Virus record (IMG/VR): IMGVR_UViG_3300010271_000003
Source: a virus
DNA: 42,264 nucleotides
Strand: one strand, 5' to 3'
Position numbers and translations under genes: made by a program. The notes beneath the pieces are model-generated. The model made no database searches. It saw nothing but the letters and a program-made list of their open reading frames with translations, and was not told the DNA's origin. Positions within the stretch are counted from its first letter, which is position 1; each line of letters starts with the position of its first letter. Positions 8,588 through 14,451 of the stretch are shown one piece after another.

Positions 8588-9320
8588 AAAGATACTCACT
8601 CAAAACGACTGCTATAAAGCTGGCAAAAAGCATACTCCGCGGGGCATCATGGTACATTCGACCGGGGCAAATAATCCGTGGCTGAAACGATATGTCGGAC
8701 CTGACGACGGGCTCCTCGGGCCGAACCCGAACAATAACCACTGGAACACACCGACACCGGGCGGCAGAAAAGTTTGTGTGCATGCTTTCATCGGCAAGCT
8801 GAAAGATGGCAGTATAGCAACATATCAGACGCTTCCCTGGGATATGGTTGGCTGGCATAGCGGATCTGGTTCTCTCGGCAGCGCAAAGAACGCCAACAAT
8901 ACCGGGTACATCGGGTTTGAGATATGCGAGGATGGCCTGACGGATAGAACGTACTTTGAAAAGGTATACAAGGAGGCCGTGGAACTGTGTGCCTATCTGT
9001 GCGTACTGTACGATATCAAGCCTGAAAAGCCGTTCCTGATATGCCATAGCGAAGGGCATCAGCTTGGTATTGCCAGTGGTCACGCCGACGTAATGCACTG
9101 GTTCCCAAAGTTCGGCAAGAGCATGGATACATTCAGAAAAGATGTCCAGGTTGAAATCGCAAAGTTGGGGAGCAAAGAGTTGCTGCAGGCTGTTACAGAA
9201 ATCAGCCTCAAGGTTCACGGTGGTATCGACATAATCGGATGGGGCGGCAAGGACACGGCATGGAAGGCAAAGTGGGTTGATACGCTCCTGATGAAAATTG
9301 CTGGAGCGCTGAAATATTGA
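8574..9320 (+). CDS. Endolysin, N-acetylmuramoyl-L-alanine amidase (Amidase_2/PGRP type)
   Basis: Motifs IMVHSTGANN, GWHSGSG, GFEICED and CHSEGH match the zinc-amidase pattern. The gene is flanked by holin-like genes. Confidence 0.85.
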   Translation: MKIIEKILTQNDCYKAGKKHTPRGIMVHSTGANNPWLKRYVGPDDGLLGPNPNNNHWNTPTPGGRKVCVHAFIGKLKDGSIATYQTLPWDMVGWHSGSGSLGSAKNANNTGYIGFEICEDGLTDRTYFEKVYKEAVELCAYLCVLYDIKPEKPFLICHSEGHQLGIASGHADVMHWFPKFGKSMDTFRKDVQVEIAKLGSKELLQAVTEISLKVHGGIDIIGWGGKDTAWKAKWVDTLLMKIAGALKY

Positions 9321-9336
9321 AAGGATAGGTGATACC

Positions 9337-9549
9337 ATGATCGACTGGAAAAGGAAGCTCAGCAGCAGGAAGTTCTGGAGCCTTGTGATCGCATTGGTAG
9401 GCTCCATTTTAGTTGCCTGCAATGTGCCTGACGGGAGCATCGAGCGCATCACTGCCATCATAGGAGGTTTTGCTGCAATCATTGTCTACATACTGGCCGA
9501 GGCCAGCGTCGACGCACAGGCAGCAAACAAAGATAACAGCCCTCGGTGA
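9337..9549 (+). CDS. Second holin-like membrane protein (LC3-type N-terminus)
   Basis: The N-terminus MIDWKRKLSSRKFWSLVIALVGSILV is followed by a second hydrophobic helix (ITAIIGGFAAIIVYILA). Confidence 0.55.
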   Translation: MIDWKRKLSSRKFWSLVIALVGSILVACNVPDGSIERITAIIGGFAAIIVYILAEASVDAQAANKDNSPR

Positions 9550-9567
9550 TCCCGGGGGCTTTATTTT
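9538..9567 (+). terminator. Rho-independent terminator after the lysis cassette
   Basis: agccctcgg-tgatc-ccgggggct forms a 9-bp stem (one G-U pair), followed by ttatttta. Confidence 0.7.
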
Positions 9568-9644
9568 ATAGGGAAATTTGCTTTTTATCGGGCAATATAA
9601 TATTCTTACTTTTAGTTTCACAGTTTTCATTTTTACCCTTTTCT

Positions 9645-9668
9645 GCCGCCGGCAACGGCGGCCTTTTG
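9645..9668. terminator. GC-rich hairpin terminator between convergent units
   Basis: gccgccg-gcaa-cggcggc is followed by cttttg on the plus strand. It lies at the convergence of plus- and minus-strand transcription. Confidence 0.55.
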
Positions 9669-9876
9669 CTTACCAGGGTTGATTGAAATTCACGATTGCT
9701 TCTTGGACATGCTTGCTGTGGGTGATGATCTCGATTTCTTCTGGGTTCCCTGGCTTGTGAAACCAGGCGTGAAACCCTTCGGGCATGAACCACTGATACT
9801 GCATTTGCCATACATGGTATCCAAGCTCACGAAAAGAAAGCGAGTGCATTTTTCAATGGTTTCGATGCGATAAGAT

Positions 9877-10269
9877 TTATTTTTCATATAATGCCTCAAC
9901 TTTGCCAGCCTTGCTTTTCCATAGGACCTTTGTAATGGTCAGATCCTCAAAAGCGATGGTAAACTCTCCATAATCGCTTTCCACGAAAAACAGGCTGCCG
10001 CTGTTCCATTGCTTCGTGACGGTGCCAAATGTTTTGGGGTTATTAGCGATGTATTGATCGACGATCTCCTGACGCTTTGCGGTGAGCTCTTGTTGCTGTG
10101 CTATAGCTACCTGCTCATTGCGGCGGTTAATAGCGCCTCTAACAATAAAAAATGTTGCCAACAGGCCACCGACAATGATGATGCCTACAATTCGGTATAT
10201 GATAGGTCCTAATGTGTTCCAAAAGAGCAGAGCATCATTGTGTTTTTCGATGTTGCTCTTTTTACGCAT
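9877..10269 (-). CDS. Membrane-anchored accessory (moron) protein, 130 aa; possible superinfection-exclusion or lysogenic-conversion function
   Basis: ATG at 10269 is preceded by AAGGAG. There is one N-terminal transmembrane helix (IIYRIVGIIIVGGLLATFFIV). It is a lone minus-strand gene between the lysis cassette and attP, with its own promoter-like TTGCCT...TGTTATAAA upstream. Confidence 0.6.
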   Translation of the reverse strand: MRKKSNIEKHNDALLFWNTLGPIIYRIVGIIIVGGLLATFFIVRGAINRRNEQVAIAQQQELTAKRQEIVDQYIANNPKTFGTVTKQWNSGSLFFVESDYGEFTIAFEDLTITKVLWKSKAGKVEALYEK

Positions 10270-10353
10270 GGGGCATCGCTCCTTTTTGCTTTTCATTTTA
10301 TAACAATATTTGTAACTAGGCAATGAATGTTTAAGTTATCTTAAATAACTTGA

Positions 10354-10373
10354 TAATGGGTACTTAATGGGTA
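10354..10373 (+). repeat. Arm-type repeat copy 1 (taatgggtacttaatgggta), putative integrase arm-binding site
   Basis: A perfect 20-bp direct repeat of 10597-10616. Each copy is itself a tandem TAATGGGTA pair. Confidence 0.65.
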
Positions 10374-10433
10374 TGATATTCCTTTATAACAAATATAAAC
10401 TAAGAAATACAAGCATTACAAAGAAAATGACCT

Positions 10434-10483
10434 CATCCATGGTAAGGATGAGGTCACCAGTTCGACCCTGGTTGAGGGCTCCA
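10434..10483 (+). other. 3-prime 50 nt of a tRNA-Thr(GGU)-like gene; putative attP core
   Basis: It folds as anticodon arm catcc-atggtaa-ggatg (anticodon GGT), variable loop aggtc, T arm accag-ttcgacc-ctggt, acceptor strand tgagggc, discriminator t and CCA. No matching 5-prime acceptor or D arm lies upstream. Confidence 0.6.
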
Positions 10484-10488
10484 ACTCG

Positions 10489-10540
10489 AAGGTCCTTCAA
10501 ATACTTGGTTTTACGGTATTTGGAGGACCTTTTTCTTTCT
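10489..10540 (+). terminator. Strong rho-independent terminator directly after the tRNA fragment
   Basis: aaggtccttcaaatac / gtatttggaggacctt forms a 16-bp stem (one G-U pair) with an 11-nt loop, followed by a T run. Confidence 0.75.
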
Positions 10541-10596
10541 TAGACTTGAAATTGATTGCCGAATTTTTCTGCTATTTTTCAAACTTTTTTATTTTT

Positions 10597-10616
10597 TAAT
10601 GGGTACTTAATGGGTA
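10597..10616 (+). repeat. Arm-type repeat copy 2 (taatgggtacttaatgggta), overlaps the integrase stop codon
   Basis: A perfect 20-bp direct repeat of 10354-10373. The two copies bracket the tRNA-like core. Confidence 0.65.
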
Positions 10617-11851
10617 CTAACTTTCCGAAGAGGGGTAACATTATCTACTTTTTTCTTAGTCTTTTCGGGAAGCTTGTCCGGTAAGTCCTCATTCAGAACC
10701 TGCACCGAATCTTCAATAACATTATCTATGAAGTGGATATAGATGTTATATGTTGTTGATACATCCTTATGCCCGAGTATCTTACTTATAACTTTGATGT
10801 CGATTTTCTTTTTAAAAAGCTTTGATGCGAATGTGTGCCTCATAGTATGAAGATTCACCCAATCGCATCCAATTGCCTTTCCAGCAGATTTGAATCGTTT
10901 CCTTAAATAACTCGGTGTCGGCCTTTTTCCGGTTTCTGTCTGAAATAGGGGAGCATCCGAGTTTTTATTAGGCTGCATCAGCATGTATTCTTGCAGAAGC
11001 GGGATAATCTTATCCGGGATCGGCACGGTCCGACGGCTTGAATCCGTTTTCGGCGCATTCTGAACTTTGCGCAGTCTTTCAATATAGGTTTTAGTCACTT
11101 TTACGCATTTTCTTTTGAAGTCAATATCGGATCGTGTCAGGGCTAAAGCCTCACCAGGGCGCAGGCCGGTGTTACCCATAAATAAAGCATACATATAATG
11201 CTTAGATCTGCGTCCGAGTTCAGACAAAAATGCTTTTTCCTGTTCTTCTGTCAAAGCTCTCGCTTCTGTTTCTTCTTCATAGAAAATATCTATTTTGGGT
11301 ATTTTACATTCACGAGCTTCATTTTTATTTACTTTTTTCAGTTCCTCAGCTTTGCCTAATGCTCCATTAAAGAGTGTATGAGTAACCCGAATTGTTTCTT
11401 CGCTGAATCCTTCCTCGGCTAATAAGTTATAAAACTTCTGGATCATTTCTTGTGTTAGATCTTCCAACGGAATATAAGCTATATCATACCTGCTTACACG
11501 GGCTATTGTAGTCAAGTATTTCTCTCTTGTATTGTACCTTTTTATATGGGGTTTTTTATAAAGTTCAAACCACTCTTTAGCCCAAGATATGAACGGCTGG
11601 TCAGATGGATCAACATACTCACCCTTACCCAGTGCGGCAAGAGCTTCCCTCATTTGCTTCAAGACTTTAGCTTTTTCGTTTTTCTTGCCATAAATGCTTT
11701 TATAATGCGTCCTATAATACACATTACCGTCTTTACCTATTACCTCCTTTTTACCCGCCGGATATCTGGCCTCCCATAGTTGCTTTGATTCGATCCAGCG
11801 TATGGATCCCTCGTTTCGCCCGCGGCGTTTCTTTTTGGATGTTTCGCTCAT
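10607..11851 (-). CDS. int: Tyrosine site-specific integrase
   Basis: The C-terminal catalytic region has RPGEALAL, HTMRHTFAS and LGHKDVSTTYNIYIH (the R..H-x-x-R..Y pattern). The gene is adjacent to the tRNA-like attP. Confidence 0.95.
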   Translation of the reverse strand: MSETSKKKRRGRNEGSIRWIESKQLWEARYPAGKKEVIGKDGNVYYRTHYKSIYGKKNEKAKVLKQMREALAALGKGEYVDPSDQPFISWAKEWFELYKKPHIKRYNTREKYLTTIARVSRYDIAYIPLEDLTQEMIQKFYNLLAEEGFSEETIRVTHTLFNGALGKAEELKKVNKNEARECKIPKIDIFYEEETEARALTEEQEKAFLSELGRRSKHYMYALFMGNTGLRPGEALALTRSDIDFKRKCVKVTKTYIERLRKVQNAPKTDSSRRTVPIPDKIIPLLQEYMLMQPNKNSDAPLFQTETGKRPTPSYLRKRFKSAGKAIGCDWVNLHTMRHTFASKLFKKKIDIKVISKILGHKDVSTTYNIYIHFIDNVIEDSVQVLNEDLPDKLPEKTKKKVDNVTPLRKVSTH

Positions 11852-11865
11852 AATATCAACTCCTT

Positions 11866-12360
11866 TTATTCCAATAGTTTTAACATGGCTGGTGGGTCAA
11901 AATATATAATGTAGTTACCATACCGTTTACTCACACCATACATAGCGGCATACTGTTTCAGAGCACACCGTAAAAACCCTTCAGTCACTTCCAGGTACTC
12001 CGCGAATTCGTATAGGGTCTGACAGCCTGCTTCGTATGCCTCGATGATCTCATCGAAAGGGATCAGTTTCTTATAAGCCCAGCGTTTGGCTCGGGTTTCC
12101 TGCTGGCGGACAATAGTATTATCGATGTTTTGGTCTGTCAACAGGTCCCCCGAGGACGTAAAATGGTGCCCAAGCTCCTCAGCTAATACGCAAGCTTGCT
12201 CTGTTTTTGTTTTCAGGCAATTATTTAGAGCGATTAGCGCGCTGTCTTCGTTATAATATAATCCCAGTATATTGCCCGGCAGGTCCGCGGTTACGATGTC
12301 AATGTTTTCTTTATGGGTTTCCTCTGTTAGAATTTCAAACTTACTTTTCACTCTTACCAT
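11866..12360 (-). CDS. ImmA/IrrE-like metalloprotease (anti-repressor protease) with atypical metal motif
   Basis: It sits between repressor and integrase, as in ImmR-ImmA-Int operons. The motif context is VLAEELGHHF where HEXXH is expected. Confidence 0.7.
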   Translation of the reverse strand: MVRVKSKFEILTEETHKENIDIVTADLPGNILGLYYNEDSALIALNNCLKTKTEQACVLAEELGHHFTSSGDLLTDQNIDNTIVRQQETRAKRWAYKKLIPFDEIIEAYEAGCQTLYEFAEYLEVTEGFLRCALKQYAAMYGVSKRYGNYIIYFDPPAMLKLLE

Positions 12361-12736
12361 CCCTTAACTTTCTGTAGGATTCCAAGAAAGCTTTAACCGC
12401 TTTTGCTTCATCTTCTGTCAATGGTTCCTCATATCCGTCAGTGCGGAGCGCGGCAAGAGTCTTGCGATGGGTTATATAACCTATGCCGAGCTCTCGTAAT
12501 GCTTGTGGAGCAGGAGAAATTCCATCTTCATTGATGGTAAATACATCTCTTGCATCTATAACCTCATAATCATCAGTGTCTAATGGCGGTTCCTGTCTTG
12601 CCAGAGCAGCGATCAGCGGTCCCTGTGGCATTTCCAGCGCTTCAGCTATTTTTGTAAGATTTGCATAGTCGTCTGGGGTTGGTATTATAGTATCAAGCTT
12701 AAGGAGATATTGCTCTGACAAGCCGGTTTTTTGCAT
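12341..12736 (-). CDS. ORF of 131 aa; probably the C-terminal part of the repressor, displaced by a frameshift
   Basis: There is no ribosome-binding site before its ATG. The N-terminus TGLSEQYLLKL looks like a second HTH. It overlaps ORF 12685..12996 by 52 nt in another frame, and an A6 tract lies at the overlap. Confidence 0.5.
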   Translation of the reverse strand: MQKTGLSEQYLLKLDTIIPTPDDYANLTKIAEALEMPQGPLIAALARQEPPLDTDDYEVIDARDVFTINEDGISPAPQALRELGIGYITHRKTLAALRTDGYEEPLTEDEAKAVKAFLESYRKLRDGKSEK

Positions 12737-12996
12737 AAGACATCTAAAGGCATATTAAGCGCCTCAAGACGTTGATCTATAACAGCTGTAATGGACAGTC
12801 CTCGCAAATAATCCGATGTTACATTAAGTGCTTCAGCTATTGCTTCTAATACTTTATCACTTGGGTTATTCATTTTGCCATTTTCAAGGTCGCTGAGGTA
12901 TCCCAATGAAACGTTTGCAATCTTTGCCAGTGTGTTTATGCTTATCTTTCGTATATTTCTAGTTCTTCTTATGTTTTCGCCAATTGTGTTGGGCAT
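12685..12996 (-). CDS. XRE-family HTH repressor (CI/ImmR-like), as annotated 103 aa
   Basis: NIRRTRNIRKISINTLAKIANVSLGYLSDLENGK is a canonical XRE HTH. A GGGAGGTG ribosome-binding site is present. The gene is divergent from the Cro-like gene. Confidence 0.85.
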   Translation of the reverse strand: MPNTIGENIRRTRNIRKISINTLAKIANVSLGYLSDLENGKMNNPSDKVLEAIAEALNVTSDYLRGLSITAVIDQRLEALNMPLDVLCKKPACQSNISLSLIL

Positions 12997-13021
12997 ATCG
13001 CTCGAACACCTCCCTTAAATT

Positions 13022-13038
13022 GTTCTGTATCACAGAAC
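13022..13038. promoter_or_regulatory. 17-bp perfect palindrome GTTCTGT-atc-ACAGAAC next to the repressor start
   Basis: Read directly from the sequence. It lies 26 nt upstream of the repressor start codon on the minus strand. Confidence 0.6.
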
Positions 13039-13056
13039 ATTATATAACACTCCATA

Positions 13057-13167
13057 TTCGTTGTCAACGAAAATTGAAGATAGATTTTGATATTCGGTGA
13101 AAACGAATAATATTCATTGAAATTCGCCGATGGCAAATAAAAATGAAAGTTGTTCGGTTATAGCGAA
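13057..13167. promoter_or_regulatory. Three operator-like sites TTCG-N7-CGAA (13057-13071, 13091-13109, 13153-13167) in the divergent switch region
   Basis: The sites are ttcgttgtcaacgaa, tattcggtgaaaacgaata and ttcggttatagcgaa. They share inverted TTCG/CGAA half-sites at identical spacing between the repressor and Cro-like genes. Confidence 0.6.
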
Positions 13168-13210
13168 TATGATAGTATTCTGTGTGAACGAACAAGCGAG
13201 GGGGTCAATC

Positions 13211-13429
13211 ATGAGAAACAAGATAAAACAAATCAGGCAGGAAAAAAACCTCACAATCAGAGAGCTTGCAGCGAAGGCCTCTGTCGCCATCGGGTATCTG
13301 AGCACTCTTGAAAACGACTTCGCAAATACGACGAATCCAACTATTAGTACGATGCAGCGAATCGCAGCTGCCTTGGACATGCCAGTCCATGAAGTGTTCA
13401 TATTCGACGAGGGTGAGAGGGAAGCTTAG
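13211..13429 (+). CDS. Cro-like XRE-family HTH regulator (72 aa)
   Basis: ATG follows GAGGGGG. IRQEKNLTIRELAAKASVAIGYLSTLEN is an XRE HTH. It is the first gene of the rightward early operon. I prefer the 13211 start to the 13130 start in the ORF track. Confidence 0.8.
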   Translation: MRNKIKQIRQEKNLTIRELAAKASVAIGYLSTLENDFANTTNPTISTMQRIAAALDMPVHEVFIFDEGEREA

Positions 13430-13431
13430 AC

Positions 13432-13653
13432 ATGATGAAGACAACGGACTATTCAAACCTCCCTATGCTTCTAACGCCAAAAGACGTAAGCGAGATCCTT
13501 GGTCTTCCGTTAGGTCAGACCTACCGGTTGTTTAACTCGAAGAAATTCCCCAGTGAAAAAGTCAACGGTAAATACATCATCCCGAAACCGCGCTTTTTGC
13601 ATTGGCTCGGGATTACAGATGGAGGCACCCATGGTCTACCTGATCCACTTTGA
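13432..13653 (+). CDS. Small MerR/excisionase-type HTH protein (Xis-like)
   Basis: LLTPKDVSEILGLPLGQTYRLFNSKKFP resembles excisionase-type HTH domains. Confidence 0.55.
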   Translation: MMKTTDYSNLPMLLTPKDVSEILGLPLGQTYRLFNSKKFPSEKVNGKYIIPKPRFLHWLGITDGGTHGLPDPL

Positions 13654-13936
13654 GCGGCCATATCAGCACGCCAGGCATTACATAGGATACACAGACAACC
13701 TGGACCAGCGCATCCACGATCATGAATGCACCGCGCACGGCGCCAGGCTGCTACAGGTTGTCAGGGAGGCCGGGATCCACTTCGTGGTAGTCCGTACCTG
13801 GCCGGACGGGGATCGGGCGCTGGAGCGTAAGCTAAAGCGACAAAAGAAGGCCTGGATGCTGTGCCCGATGTGCAAAGCAGAGAGGAGAGGTCCAAATGAA
13901 GTACATAGTCACAACTCCCGGGGAAAGGACAGCTGA
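13631..13936 (+). CDS. Small GIY-YIG-like nuclease-family protein (101 aa)
   Basis: ATG follows GGAGG. Elements VYLIHF, HYIGYT, an Arg/His block and ERKLK are spaced like GIY-YIG elements, and there is a C-terminal CPMC. The gene is markedly GC-rich compared with its neighbours. Confidence 0.55.
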   Translation: MVYLIHFERPYQHARHYIGYTDNLDQRIHDHECTAHGARLLQVVREAGIHFVVVRTWPDGDRALERKLKRQKKAWMLCPMCKAERRGPNEVHSHNSRGKDS

Positions 13937-14099
13937 AGTTGAAGCCAAAAACAGTACTCAGGCCAAGAGAAAAGCTTGCAAGTTTTTTGGAATAAGGCCC
14001 GGAGATCCGTGGTGCGGAATACCGGCTATGACGGCAAAGCAAGCCAAAGCAGATGAACAATCAAAGGAGGTCAGTGTAAATGTTGCAAAAAGCCATTGA
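13896..14099 (+). CDS. Hypothetical early protein (67 aa)
   Basis: The ORF has a GGAGAGG ribosome-binding site. No motif was recognised. Confidence 0.45.
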   Translation: MKYIVTTPGERTAEVEAKNSTQAKRKACKFFGIRPGDPWCGIPAMTAKQAKADEQSKEVSVNVAKSH

Positions 14100-14451
14100 A
14101 AAGCTCAGATCTGAAATGGACCGCAACAAAAACAACTCTTATATCCAGGTAGTCGGTCAATACCTGATCAAGCGTGTGGAATCAAATCCGAGTTCAGCAG
14201 AGAAGATCCTGGCAAGTGACAAATCGATTGAAAAAAGCCTGGATGCAATACGCAAGGTAGCTGAAAAGCGCAAAGTCGGCAATTGTGCTGTAATTGCGCC
14301 AGATGAAGGATTTGCAATCATTATGGACTATTTCGGAATCTCCGGAGCATCCACAGCTCAGCTGCCATCGGCCGGCAATCCGGTACCAGTTGAACCGCCC
14401 CAATCCACATCAGGGGAGGAGTTCGATCTAAGACTGGAGGATCTGCTATGA
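14080..14451 (+). CDS. PcfK-like protein
   Basis: An AAGGAGG ribosome-binding site is present. The pattern KSIEKSLDAIRKVAEKRKVGNCAVIAPDEGFAIIMDYFG resembles PcfK-like proteins as I recall them. It is translationally coupled to the PcfJ-like gene. Confidence 0.5.
   Translation: MLQKAIEKLRSEMDRNKNNSYIQVVGQYLIKRVESNPSSAEKILASDKSIEKSLDAIRKVAEKRKVGNCAVIAPDEGFAIIMDYFGISGASTAQLPSAGNPVPVEPPQSTSGEEFDLRLEDLL

Noticed and set aside
8550-9482. Long minus-strand ORF (310 aa) antisense to the endolysin and holin genes
   Set aside because: It fully overlaps well-supported plus-strand genes with clear motifs and ribosome-binding sites. It has no ribosome-binding site and its composition looks like a shadow ORF.
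9573-9668. Possible ~65-nt sRNA from a TATAAT box at 9596-9601 to the 9645-9668 terminator
   Set aside because: No acceptable -35 or extended -10 accompanies the TATAAT. The region is more simply explained as a spacer between convergent terminators.
9670-9849. Unlisted 59-codon minus-strand ORF (MHSLSFRELGYHVWQMQYQWFMPEGFHAWFHKPGNPEEIEIITHSKHVQEAIVNFNQPW) ending at the 9645-9662 hairpin
   Set aside because: The sequence looks protein-like and may be a real small gene or a gene remnant. However, no Shine-Dalgarno sequence precedes its ATG in a genome where nearly every gene has one, and an in-frame stop lies two codons upstream. It is too uncertain to annotate and would need a homology search.
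10431-10453. 8-bp extended hairpin cctcatcc/ggatgagg, considered as a tmRNA or independent regulatory stem
   Set aside because: The inner 5 bp plus the 7-nt loop fit a normal tRNA anticodon arm that continues into a canonical variable loop, T arm and acceptor-CCA. The extra 3 bp are probably fortuitous.
13130-13210. Longer 5-prime extensions given by the ORF track for several genes (for example 13130 for Cro-like, 13553 for GIY-YIG, 19293 for SbcCD, 24250 for helicase, 23835 for NDT-like, 32256 for TM2)
   Set aside because: In each case an internal ATG or GTG lies 5-11 nt after a strong GGAGG-type site and gives a protein starting at the conserved N-terminus. The upstream extensions overlap operators or preceding genes.
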